A program made the translations under genes and the position numbers. Of a stretch of 64,000 bases of DNA, positions 7,872 through 16,922 are shown one piece after another. Within the stretch, counting starts at the first letter, position 1, and the number at the start of each line of letters is the position of its first letter. The notes below the pieces were generated by a model, which saw only the letters and a list, made by a program, of their open reading frames with translations, searched no databases and was not told the origin of the DNA. The DNA is from a bacterium (GTDB taxonomy: Bacteria > Patescibacteriota > Doudnabacteria > UBA920 > VMFF01): contig JAJZOG010000014.1 of NCBI GenBank assembly GCA_021811585.1, forward strand, positions 2,577 through 66,576, given 5' to 3'.

Positions 7872-9009
7872 ATGAACATCACTATTACCTCGGATAAAGA
7901 AAAGCAACTCAAAGAAACCCTCCAAAGCAAAACAGATTTTCAGAGCCAGCGCATCAGGCGCTATTTAAAGATGCCCGATCTCTCGCGCACGCCCGGCAGT
8001 CCCATTTATGAGCTTGCCCAGCGCATCACCAACCTCCATGAATTTAAAAATTTCGATATCATAGAAGTGCCTGAAATCGTCCCCGCGGACATTAGTTTTG
8101 ACCTTTTCGATTTTCCGCCGGACCATCCGGTGCGCAGCCCTTCGGACACATATTATATTGATCCCCAAAATATTCTCCGCACCCACACAACAGTAATGTG
8201 GTATTACTACCTCATGAATGAGGATATAAAAAAGCGCATCGCCGCAGGCGAGGCGGTTGGTTCGCTTTGCTACGGCAAAGTTTTTCGCAAAGACGAAATT
8301 GATCGCCGGCACATGAATATTTTTCATCAAATGGACGGCTGGTATCTTTGCCGCAAAGATGAAAAAATCATCACAACAACGGATTTGCAAAACGTGCTCG
8401 CAAAAAATCGCGCAAGCGGTTTTCGGTCCCGACATAAAATACCGTTTCAACGAGGATAAATTTCCTTATACTGATCCGTCGCTTGAAATGGAAATTGATA
8501 TTGACGGCAATTGGATAGAGGTCTTGGGCAGCGGCGTTGTTAAGGGGAGCGTTTTGGAAAAATTGGGAGTGGATTCGTCCAAATACAACGGCTGGGCATT
8601 TGGCTTTGGCTTGGAGCGCCTGGCAATTGTGAGTATGGCTTTGCCGGATATCCGTTTATTATGGTCTGAGGACGAGCGTGTTAAGCGCCAGCTAAAGTTG
8701 GGAAAAAAATTCCAGGAAGTGAGCAAATTCCCGCCGATTACGCGCGACATTTCATTTGTGGTCGGCAAGGATTTTGTGCCCAATAATTATTTTGATTTGA
8801 TCCGGGAAATCGGCGGCGATCTTGTGGAAGAAGTGGAGCTTTTGGATAAATATGAAAATGCCGCGAAGTTCGGTCCGGATAAAATCAGTTATACATACCG
8901 CGTGGTTTACCGCAGCCCGGAACGCACGCTTAAGAGTGAAGAAATAGATCCGTTGCAGGACAAACTTTATAACGAAACAAAAACGCAATATCAAGCGGAA
9001 TTGAGATAG
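7872..9009 (+). CDS. pheS: Phenylalanyl-tRNA synthetase alpha-type catalytic core fused to C-terminal FDX-ACB domain; interrupted by a 1-nt frameshift in an A6 run (~8402-8407)
   Basis: Class II motifs are present: HPVRSPSDTYY, LRTHTT, FRKDEIDRRHMNIFHQMDG (frame 0), then FPYTDPSLEMEI...GWAFGFGLERLAI (frame +1). The C-terminus FPPITRDISFVVGKD... is FDX-ACB-like. Assuming A7 instead of A6 gives a continuous ...VLAKKIAQAVFGPD... Confidence 0.75.
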
Positions 9010-9146
9010 GAATTGTTCTTTTGGAATGAACTAATCCTTACTAAATTAAGATAGGGATATTTTAGTTTACTTTCGCTTGTTTTTTTGCTAAAATACAGAT
9101 AGTTATAATGTGCTTGAAAAGCCCATTTTGAGCGAAAATAGCTCTA

Positions 9147-9224
9147 TTTTTGGCAGGGGAATCACCGCTGCTTCCGGCAGGGGAATCACCTTCGATTCCA
9201 GCAGAGGGATCACCTCTGATTCCG
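9147..9224 (+). repeat. 3 x 24-nt tandem repeat in the gyrB 5' leader
   Basis: ggcaggggaatcaccgctgcttcc / ggcaggggaatcaccttcgattcc / agcagagggatcacctctgattcc. Confidence 0.8.
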
Positions 9225-9293
9225 GCCATGGTTTCGCAGATTTTTTCATTTCATTTTTTCGTCTCATTTTCACCTAATTTTTCATCCAATTTA

Positions 9294-11450
9294 ATGCCCA
9301 AATCAATCCAAAAAAATTCAAAAGGAGATAATCGGAAAAAATCAGCCGGCAATGCGCCGGCATCCAAATCCTCTTACGGCGCGGAACAAATAACTGTGCT
9401 GGAAGGCCTTGATCCTGTCCGCAAACGTCCGGGAATGTATATTGGCTCCACGGGTGAAGCGGGGTTGCATCATTTAATTTGGGAAGTTGTGGATAACTCT
9501 GTTGATGAGGCCATGGCAGGATATGCCAGTAAAATTGAAGTGATTTTGCAGAAAGATGGCGGGTGCACTGTTATTGATAACGGCCGCGGCATTCCCGTTG
9601 ACATTCACAAGCAAACCAAAAAATCCGCTCTTGAAACGGTTATGACTGTTTTGCACGCTGGCGGAAAATTCGGCGGAGAAGCGTCCGGCTACAAGGTTTC
9701 GGGCGGCTTGCACGGAGTTGGCGTTAGCGTTGTAAATGCGCTTTCCACGGACATGATTACGCAAGTGCGCCGAGACGGAAAAATTTACGAACAGCATTTC
9801 AAGATAGGAAAGCCGCAGGGCAAAGTGAAGGAAATCGGCAAAATTGCTGCAAACGACCAGTACAAAAGCGGAACGAAACAGACGTTCTATCCGGACGTTT
9901 CGATTTTTTCAGCAACCGAATTTAAATTAAAAACAGTGCTCGAGCATTTGCGCTCGCAAGCGTATTTGACGCGCGGCTTGCATTTCAAAATCACGGACGA
10001 GCGCGACTCTCTGACATATCAATATTATTTTGAGGGCGGAATAATTTCGTACATCAAGCAAATCAATCGCAAAAAAAAGGCCAAGCACGATCCTATTTAC
10101 ATAAATAAAACGGTTGATGAAATTATGGTTGAAATTGCTGTGCAGTACACGGACGATTTCGATGAAACGGTTTTGGCATACGCGAATAATGAATATAATC
10201 CCGAAGGCGGCATGCACGTGACCGGTTTTCGCACCGCGCTGACCCGTTCCATAAACAATTACGCGGCCAAGAACGGATTTGTAAAAGAAAGCGATAAGCT
10301 TACCGGCGAAGATATGCGCGAAGGCCTGACTGCGATAATTTCCGTGAAGCTGCCGAACCCGCAGTTCGAAGGCCAGACAAAAGCAAAGCTCGGCAATCCC
10401 GAAGTGCGCACTGCAGTGGAATCGGTTGTCGGCGGGGCGCTTGAAATTTATTTTGAAGAACATCCCGGCGACGCTTCCAAAATAATGGAAAAGGTAATTT
10501 TGGCGTCAAAGGCGCGCCTTGCCGCGCGCGCCGCGCGCGAATCCGTTATCCGCAAGGGCATTTTGGAAGGTTTGGCTTTGCCCGGAAAATTGGCAGATTG
10601 TTCGGAAAAGGATCCGAGCGCGTGCGAGATATATATTGTGGAAGGCGATAGCGCCGGTGGCACGGCAAAACAGGGTCGCGACAGAAAATACCAGGCAATT
10701 TTGCCGCTGCGCGGAAAAATTTTGAACGTTGAGCGCGCGCGGCTGGATCGCATGCTTGGCAGCGAGCAAATCAAGAATTTGGTTATTGCCATGGGCGCCG
10801 GAGTGGGCGAGCAGTTTGACATTGAAAAGATGCGCTACCATCGCTTGATAATCATGACTGATGCCGATGTTGACGGCGCGCACATCCGCACTTTGCTTTT
10901 GACTTTGTTTTACAGATATTTCCCCGAAGTGATTCGTCGCGGCTATTTGTACATTGCCCAGCCGCCGCTTTTCCGCGTGCAAGTTGGCAAACAATTCCAA
11001 TACGCGTTTTCGGAAAGCGAGCGCGATGAAATTTTGGAGGATTTGCTTGCGGAGCGCGAAGCCGGGAAAAAATTAAAAGAAAAAGGCAAGGGCAAAAAAG
11101 GCGAAGCAGGGCGAAGCCCGGAAGGACCGAAGTTGGATGAAACCGGCGAAGCGGATAGCACTTCCTCACCGGCAGAGCAAGTTGGCGAAGATGGCGCTCC
11201 TGCCGGAACTGCGGTCGAAGAGGGCAAAAAAGGATACAGCGTTCAGCGCTACAAAGGCCTTGGCGAGATGAATGCCGAGCAGTTGTGGGAGACAACCATG
11301 AATCCTGAAAACCGCGTGATTGTCAGGGTACAAATTGATGATGCGGAAAAGGCTTCCGAGGTTTTTGAAACATTAATGGGCGACGAGGTTGCGCCGCGCA
11401 AGCGCTTCATCCAAACGCACGCGAAATCGGTGAAAAATCTTGATGTCTAG
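9294..11450 (+). CDS. gyrB: DNA gyrase subunit B
   Basis: VLEGLDPVRKRPGMYIGST, HHLIWEVVDNSVDEA, and Toprim EGDSAGG. The ATG at 9294 gives a normal N-terminus; the track's upstream TTG start runs through the leader repeats. A low-complexity insertion (KEKGKGKKGEAG...EEGKKG) precedes the C-terminal YKGLGEM. Confidence 0.9.
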   Translation: MPKSIQKNSKGDNRKKSAGNAPASKSSYGAEQITVLEGLDPVRKRPGMYIGSTGEAGLHHLIWEVVDNSVDEAMAGYASKIEVILQKDGGCTVIDNGRGIPVDIHKQTKKSALETVMTVLHAGGKFGGEASGYKVSGGLHGVGVSVVNALSTDMITQVRRDGKIYEQHFKIGKPQGKVKEIGKIAANDQYKSGTKQTFYPDVSIFSATEFKLKTVLEHLRSQAYLTRGLHFKITDERDSLTYQYYFEGGIISYIKQINRKKKAKHDPIYINKTVDEIMVEIAVQYTDDFDETVLAYANNEYNPEGGMHVTGFRTALTRSINNYAAKNGFVKESDKLTGEDMREGLTAIISVKLPNPQFEGQTKAKLGNPEVRTAVESVVGGALEIYFEEHPGDASKIMEKVILASKARLAARAARESVIRKGILEGLALPGKLADCSEKDPSACEIYIVEGDSAGGTAKQGRDRKYQAILPLRGKILNVERARLDRMLGSEQIKNLVIAMGAGVGEQFDIEKMRYHRLIIMTDADVDGAHIRTLLLTLFYRYFPEVIRRGYLYIAQPPLFRVQVGKQFQYAFSESERDEILEDLLAEREAGKKLKEKGKGKKGEAGRSPEGPKLDETGEADSTSSPAEQVGEDGAPAGTAVEEGKKGYSVQRYKGLGEMNAEQLWETTMNPENRVIVRVQIDDAEKASEVFETLMGDEVAPRKRFIQTHAKSVKNLDV

Positions 11451-11554
11451 GCGAATCTTCTGTAAAAATTTGCAATTTGCCGCCAATGCATCCGCGAAGA
11501 TTCACAGCTTGCCTTCTTTTTTGAGCTGTGTTATAATTCCCTCGGAAATAAAAA

Positions 11555-11580
11555 AGGCCCAAAGGCCTTTTAAAAAAGCC
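11555..11580. terminator. Bidirectional rho-independent terminator (A-run, hairpin, T-run)
   Basis: aaaaaaggcccaaaggccttttaaaaaa. Confidence 0.6.
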
Positions 11581-11722
11581 CAAAAATTTTGAGATTTTTG
11601 AAATTTCGCGAATTTGAAATCCCGCGAATTGAGATTTTCAAAATCCCGATTTTCAAAATCCCGAGAATTTTGAAAAGAATTTTGAAAGTCAAACTTATTA
11701 TAAAAAATTATTAAAGACAAAC

Positions 11723-11908
11723 ATGGCAAAAATCATCCAGTTTTTTGTGGACGTTAAGAATGAACTTTTAAAAGTTGTCTGGCCTTCAAAAGGCGACACT
11801 TTAAAATATACCGCCATTGTGATTGTTTTCTCCGCTGTCATGGCCGCGATTTTGTCGGCGGCGGATTACGGTCTCCTCCAGGTTTTGGAAAAATTTATTA
11901 ACAGATAA
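11723..11908 (+). CDS. secE: Preprotein translocase subunit SecE
   Basis: 61 aa with a single TM and the SecE C-terminal pattern. Canonical position upstream of nusG. Confidence 0.8.
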   Translation: MAKIIQFFVDVKNELLKVVWPSKGDTLKYTAIVIVFSAVMAAILSAADYGLLQVLEKFINR

Positions 11909-11963
11909 ATACTGCGCCAAGCGCTTCGGCGCAAAGCCGGTGAGATTCTTCAAAAAATAAACT

Positions 11964-12509
11964 ATGCCGCGACAGCAGGTAACAGGAGAAAAACATTGGT
12001 ATGTTCTGCATACCTATTCGGGATACGAGGATAGCGTTGCTTTCAATTTGAAGCAGCGCATTGAATCCATGGGCATGCAGGATAAAATTTTTGATGTCAT
12101 CGTGCCCAAAGAAAAGAAAATTAAAATCCGCGAAGGAAAAAGGACCACGGTTGAAGAAAAAATTTTTCCCGGATATGTCTTGGTTGAGATGATTGTAACG
12201 GATGATTCATGGTATGTGGTGCGCAACACCCCTAATGTTACCGGTTTCGTGGGTTCCGGCACCGTGCCTACTCCGATTTCCGAAGATGAGATTAAGGCCT
12301 TGCAAAAGCGCATGGGCGTAGAAGAACCCAAATACAAAATTGATTTTGCAATAAACGATTTGGTGCGCATTACCGACGGCCCGTTCAAGGATTACGAAGG
12401 CAAGGTTTCCGAGATTGACGAGCAAAAAGGCAAGGTCAAGGTTTTGGTTTCTATTTTCGGAAGAGAAACCCCGGTTGAGCTCGATTTTTTACAAGTGAAA
12501 AAATCATAA
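11964..12509 (+). CDS. nusG: Transcription termination/antitermination factor NusG
   Basis: N-terminal NGN domain (WYVLHTYSGYE), KOW motif (FPGYVLVEM), C-terminal IDFAINDLVRITDGPF. Confidence 0.9.
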   Translation: MPRQQVTGEKHWYVLHTYSGYEDSVAFNLKQRIESMGMQDKIFDVIVPKEKKIKIREGKRTTVEEKIFPGYVLVEMIVTDDSWYVVRNTPNVTGFVGSGTVPTPISEDEIKALQKRMGVEEPKYKIDFAINDLVRITDGPFKDYEGKVSEIDEQKGKVKVLVSIFGRETPVELDFLQVKKS

Positions 12510-12631
12510 TTTAATTAATAGCCGAAAGGCGAAGAGAAAGGATGGTTGACGGCTCTGCAGCCGCCTCGCCGAATCGTAGGACGAGTCCCGACAAAATCCG
12601 GGCGAATGCAATTCGGTTACCATGCAAGACA

Positions 12632-13057
12632 ATGGCAAAAAAAGTAAAAACCATAATTAAGATCCAGCTTCCTGCCGGCAAAGCAACGCCTGCGCCGCCT
12701 GTCGGTACTGCGCTCGGCCCGCACGGCATTAATATCGGCGAATTTACGAAACAGTTTAATGAGAAAACCGCGCCAATGGGCGACCTGATTATTCCCGCCG
12801 AAATTACTATTTTTGAAGACCGCAGTTTCAGCTTTATTTTAAAGACACCCCCTGCTTCCATATTAATAATGAAAGCGATCGGTTTGGAAAAGGGTTCTGC
12901 AAACCCTCTTAAAAATAAAGTCGGCAAGATTACCCGGGCAAAAGTGCGCGAAATTGCCGAAAAGAAAATGCCTGATTTGAACGCAACCAGCATTGAAGCC
13001 GCGGAAAAAATCGTTGCCGGAACAGCCAGATCAATGGGCGTGGAAGTTGTGGATTAA
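12632..13057 (+). CDS. rplK: 50S ribosomal protein L11
   Basis: [35 protein letters not shown]... The ATG at 12632 is the likely start; the track's upstream extension is unlikely. Confidence 0.9.
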   Translation: MAKKVKTIIKIQLPAGKATPAPPVGTALGPHGINIGEFTKQFNEKTAPMGDLIIPAEITIFEDRSFSFILKTPPASILIMKAIGLEKGSANPLKNKVGKITRAKVREIAEKKMPDLNATSIEAAEKIVAGTARSMGVEVVD

Positions 13058-13160
13058 TAAGATTAAGTTTAAATAATAATTAATTGTGGGAGAGCGAAAG
13101 CTCGCAAAACCACTAAGTTTAATCCGCTTGGGTTTGTAAGAGCGGATCAAAGGACGAAAA

Positions 13161-13844
13161 ATGCCGAATATTTCAAAAAGGCAAAAAAATAATTTAACTT
13201 TGCTGGAGAAAGACAAAATCTATTTTCCGGAAGAGGCCATTGAGATGGCCAAAAAAACAGCTAACACCAAATTCAGGGCTTCCATTGAAGTGCATGTGCG
13301 CTTGGGTATTGATCCGAAGCAGAGCGATCAGGGCGTGCGCGGATCTGTCCGTTTGCCTGCGGGCACGGGAAAATCCAAAAAAATTGCCGCTTTTGTAACC
13401 GAGGCAAAAGAAAAAGAAGCCAGAGCCGCTGGCGCTGAACTTGTGGGCGGCGAGGATTTGGTGAAAAAAATAAAGGAAACCGGCAAAACAGATTTTGATA
13501 TTGCGGTCGCCGAACCCGCGATGATGAAAAATTTGGCGCAGGTTGCCAAAATTTTAGGCCAAAGGGGATTAATGCCAAACCCTAAAACAGGAACCGTTTC
13601 CGAACATGTTGGCGCCGCGATTAAGGAAATCGCAGCCGGAAAAGTGGAATTTAAAAACGACGATTCCGGGAATTTGCATCAGATAATAGGCAAAGCGGAT
13701 TTTGACACCGAAAAATTGATGCAGAATTTCCGCGCCTTTGTTGACGCGGTTAATGCCGCAAAGCCGGCATCGGTTAAAAAACAGTTTGTTTTGGGCATCA
13801 GCGTGAATGCCACAATGGGGCCCGGAATAAAAGTTAAGATTTAA
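13161..13844 (+). CDS. rplA: 50S ribosomal protein L1
   Basis: L1 family blocks (VHVRLGIDPKQSDQ, VRLPAGTGK). Follows rplK as expected. Confidence 0.9.
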   Translation: MPNISKRQKNNLTLLEKDKIYFPEEAIEMAKKTANTKFRASIEVHVRLGIDPKQSDQGVRGSVRLPAGTGKSKKIAAFVTEAKEKEARAAGAELVGGEDLVKKIKETGKTDFDIAVAEPAMMKNLAQVAKILGQRGLMPNPKTGTVSEHVGAAIKEIAAGKVEFKNDDSGNLHQIIGKADFDTEKLMQNFRAFVDAVNAAKPASVKKQFVLGISVNATMGPGIKVKI

Positions 13845-13864
13845 GGAATAATTAATTTCCGCTT

Positions 13865-14455
13865 ATGATTCTTTCCGACAAAGACATAAAAAAAGCGCTC
13901 CAAGAAGGCAGGATATCCGTGGACCCTCTTTTCCCGGATGCAATCCAGCCGGCTTCCGTGGACCTGCATCTTGGCAATGAGTTCTTAATTTTCAAAAGCA
14001 CTTCCAATGTTTGCATAGATGTAAAGGAACCGCTGGATAATTCCATGGAAAAAGTAATTATTGATAAGGACCGCCCGTTTATTTTGCATCCGGCTGAATT
14101 TGCGTTGGGATTAACTTATGAAACGGTTGGAGTGGCCGCCGATATGGTCGGGCGGCTTGAGGGCAAAAGCTCGCTTGGCAGAATCGGCTTGATTATCCAC
14201 GCGACAGCCGGCTATATTGACCCGGGCAATAAATTGAAAGTGACTTTGGAATTGCATAATATCGCAACCTTGCCGATCAAGCTTTATTACAAAATGCCCA
14301 TTGCACAAATGTCTTTCACGCCGCTTTCTTCGCCGGCGGAAACCCCGTACGGTGCGGAAAAACTGGGAAGCAAATATTACGGCGCGACAACTCCGCAGGC
14401 ATCCCAGTACTATAAAAATTTTATAAATAATAAATGGGAAGAATTCCGGGGCTGA
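13865..14455 (+). CDS. dcd: dCTP deaminase
   Basis: MILSDKDIKKAL...ISVDPLF...QPASVDLHLGNEF, typical of Dcd/dUTPase-superfamily enzymes. Confidence 0.85.
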   Translation: MILSDKDIKKALQEGRISVDPLFPDAIQPASVDLHLGNEFLIFKSTSNVCIDVKEPLDNSMEKVIIDKDRPFILHPAEFALGLTYETVGVAADMVGRLEGKSSLGRIGLIIHATAGYIDPGNKLKVTLELHNIATLPIKLYYKMPIAQMSFTPLSSPAETPYGAEKLGSKYYGATTPQASQYYKNFINNKWEEFRG

Positions 14456-14536
14456 TTTAAGCCGTGGAATTTTTTCTTTGGCGTCAAAAGCACAGCGCCA
14501 AAAACGCAGCGCCAAAAGCGCGGGGCAAAAACATCA

Positions 14537-14986
14537 ATGAAATCCGCCCAAGCAAAAATTACAAAATTATACTCCGGCGTCGAAACGCCGAAATACCACA
14601 GCGAAGAAGCCACCGGTTTTGATATTGCTTCCGCGGAGGACATTATTATAAAACCCGGCGAAACCCCGCTCATTAAAACCGGGCTTATTATTGAAGCGCC
14701 TGAAGGCCACTTTATACTTTTGGCGGCGCGCAGCAGTTTGCCCGTGAAAAAAGGGCTCATGCTTGCCAATGGCGTGGGAATTTTAGATAGGGATTTTTGC
14801 GGGCCAGACGATGAAATAAAAATTCAAGTTTATAATTTCACGAATCGCGACGTTGCGGTTTCAAAAGGCGAGCGCATTGCCCAGGGCATTTGCATCCCGG
14901 TAACCAGGGCGCAATTTCTTGAGGCGGAAAAAATAAAATCAGCTTCCCGCGGCAGCCACGGATCCACAGGGGGATACAATGCATAA
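14537..14986 (+). CDS. dut: dUTP diphosphatase (dUTPase)
   Basis: GFDIAS, ARSSL, GVGILDRDFCG, and C-terminal RGSHGSTGGY match dUTPase motifs 1-5. Confidence 0.9.
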   Translation: MKSAQAKITKLYSGVETPKYHSEEATGFDIASAEDIIIKPGETPLIKTGLIIEAPEGHFILLAARSSLPVKKGLMLANGVGILDRDFCGPDDEIKIQVYNFTNRDVAVSKGERIAQGICIPVTRAQFLEAEKIKSASRGSHGSTGGYNA

Positions 14987-15533
14987 GACGGCGGTTCTGG
15001 GCCTGGCCGGCGAATTCCTTTCCGGCAAATCCACTGCCGCGGCTTTTTACGTTCAAAAATTCGGCGCGAAAAAATTACGTTTTTCAACGGTCCTTGACGA
15101 TATTTTAGGGATTTTGGCTTTGCCCATAACGCGCGATAACGAGCAAAAGCTGGCTCTTTGCCTGCGCGAAGTTTTTGGCGAAGCCGTCATTGCGGAAACG
15201 CTTGTAAAATCCGTGGAATCATCCAAGCGCGGCGTCTTCATCGTGGACGGCTTGCGCAAATATGAAGAGATAACCGTGCTCAAGAGATTGCCGAATTTTA
15301 AGCTCATATATATAGAATCTTCTCTGCAGAAAAGGTTCGCGCGCTTGCAGGGCAGGGATGAAAAGCAGGGCGAAAAGATTTTAACTTTGGAGCAATTTGC
15401 CAAAAGCCACGAGCACGAATCGGACAAGGATGTCCCAAAGCTTAAACAGTATGCGAATTTTGTAATTGATAATGACGGTACGCAAGAAGCCTTGGAACAA
15501 AAATTGACGCAGGCATTAACAGAATCGTTATGA
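14979..15533 (+). CDS. P-loop nucleotide kinase, phage T4 Dnk-like deoxynucleoside-monophosphate kinase (paralog 1)
   Basis: P-loop GLAGEFLSGKST. C-terminal VIDNDGTQEALEQKL resembles T4 Dnk ...ITNDGSLEELFSKI. It overlaps the dut stop (ATGCATAA), suggesting translational coupling. Confidence 0.5.
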   Translation: MHKTAVLGLAGEFLSGKSTAAAFYVQKFGAKKLRFSTVLDDILGILALPITRDNEQKLALCLREVFGEAVIAETLVKSVESSKRGVFIVDGLRKYEEITVLKRLPNFKLIYIESSLQKRFARLQGRDEKQGEKILTLEQFAKSHEHESDKDVPKLKQYANFVIDNDGTQEALEQKLTQALTESL

Positions 15534-16075
15534 AAGTAATAGGAATTATCGGCCCGAAAGCTGCAGGCAAAGAAACAGTGGCAAAATATTTGCACCGCAA
15601 GCTGGGCGGTGCGGTTTACACGCATTCACAGATCTTGGACCAGGTTTTGGATGTTTTGAAAATTCCTAAAACGCGCGACAATGAAATTAAGCTGGTAAAT
15701 TTGAGAAAAATTTTCGGGCCCAGGGTTTTGCCGGATGCCTTGAATAAAAAAATCCGGGACGATGCGCCCAAATATGCCTTTGTAACCGGAATTAGGTTCA
15801 CCAGCGAATATGAAAATATCCGTTCCTTCGAAAAAAATAAAATAATTTATGTTGACGCCCCAATGGAAGCCAGGTACCAAAGGCACCTTGAACGCAAGGA
15901 GAAAGCGGACGACAGCAGCATCAGCTTTGTGAAATTTTCGGAAATGGAAAATGCGGAAACCGAGATTTATATCAGGGAACTTGGCGTCCAGGCGGATTTT
16001 CGGATCGACAACAGCGGTTTGCTTGAGGATTTATATAAAAAGATAGATAATATAATTGAAGAGATATGCCGATAA
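15530..16075 (+). CDS. P-loop nucleotide kinase, T4 Dnk-like (paralog 2)
   Basis: P-loop GIIGPKAAGKET; C-terminal RIDNSGLLEDLYKKI. Same length and architecture as paralog 1. ATGA overlap with the upstream gene. Confidence 0.5.
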   Translation: MKVIGIIGPKAAGKETVAKYLHRKLGGAVYTHSQILDQVLDVLKIPKTRDNEIKLVNLRKIFGPRVLPDALNKKIRDDAPKYAFVTGIRFTSEYENIRSFEKNKIIYVDAPMEARYQRHLERKEKADDSSISFVKFSEMENAETEIYIRELGVQADFRIDNSGLLEDLYKKIDNIIEEICR

Positions 16076-16815
16076 TAAAAAAACCGAAAAATAAAAAAGC
16101 GAAAAACAGGGGAGCGTTTATTGTCATGGACGGCACTGACGGCTCTGGGAAAAGAACGCAAACCGAACTTTTAATGCAGACCTTGCGGTTTGAGGGGTAT
16201 GATTGCGAGGCCATAAGCTTTCCGCAATACGGGCAAAAATCAGCGGGCCTTGTTGAGGAATATTTGAATGGAAAATACGGCAAAACAGGCCCGTATGTGA
16301 GTTCTATTTTTTATGCGGCAGACCGTTTTGATGCCAGCTTTAAAATCCGCAAATGGCTGGAAGACGGCAAGATCGTGATTTCCGACAGATATGTGACGGC
16401 AAATGCCGGACATCAGGGCGGAAAAATTTCAAGCCAGGCGGAGCGCATAAAATATTTCAAATGGCTTGATAATCTTGAGTACAATATTTTTCAGATCCCC
16501 AAGCCCGATTTGAACATAATTCTGCACATGCCCGCAAAAATGGCGCAAAAGCTGATTGGCTTAAAGCCGAAGGAAACCAGGACGTATATTACGGGCAAAT
16601 CAAAAAAAGATTTGCACGAGGGGGATTTAAAGCATTTAAAAAACGCGGAAAAGGTCTTTATGGAAATCGCGCAGCTTTTTCCGAATACAAAAATGGTTAC
16701 TTGCGTGGAAGAAGGCAAACTTTTAACGCCGCAGCAGATTCATAATAAAATTTGGAACCTGGTGCGCAGAATTGCGCTTGCCAGAAACGAAAAAGCCGTT
16801 GTAGTAAGCCGCTAG
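16066..16815 (+). CDS. tmk: Thymidylate kinase
   Basis: FIVMDGTDGSGKRTQ P-loop, DRY-like lid region. It overlaps the upstream kinase by 10 nt; an alternative start at Met20 is possible. Confidence 0.85.
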   Translation: MPIIKKPKNKKAKNRGAFIVMDGTDGSGKRTQTELLMQTLRFEGYDCEAISFPQYGQKSAGLVEEYLNGKYGKTGPYVSSIFYAADRFDASFKIRKWLEDGKIVISDRYVTANAGHQGGKISSQAERIKYFKWLDNLEYNIFQIPKPDLNIILHMPAKMAQKLIGLKPKETRTYITGKSKKDLHEGDLKHLKNAEKVFMEIAQLFPNTKMVTCVEEGKLLTPQQIHNKIWNLVRRIALARNEKAVVVSR

Positions 16816-16818
16816 AAC

Positions 16819-16920
16819 CCTCTATCAACTGCCAACTATTAACTACCAACTATTAACTACCAACTACTAACTACTATCTATCAACCTATTAACTACCAAC
16901 TACTATCTACCAACTACCAC
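16819..16920. repeat. Heptamer tandem repeat (CTACCAA / CTATCAA)n, copy 2 (inverse orientation)
   Basis: ...ctatcaactgccaactattaactaccaactattaactaccaactactaactactatctatcaacc... directly upstream of the thyX ATG. Confidence 0.8.
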
Positions 16921-16922
16921 CT

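Noticed and set aside
9150-9293. Track-predicted N-terminal extension of GyrB starting at TTG 9150 (AGESPLLP x3)
   Set aside because: The extension is exactly the 3 x 24-nt tandem repeat. The ATG at 9294 gives a GyrB N-terminus of normal length. The region is better read as leader RNA.
11502-11729. 75-aa minus-strand ORF in the secE upstream region
   Set aside because: It is composed of the palindromic FENRDFEN repeats generated by the TTTTGAAA motif array. That is repeat-driven, not coding.
12542-12631. N-terminal extension of L11 from 12542
   Set aside because: L11 universally begins MAKKV...; the ATG at 12632 fits, and the extension has no homology.
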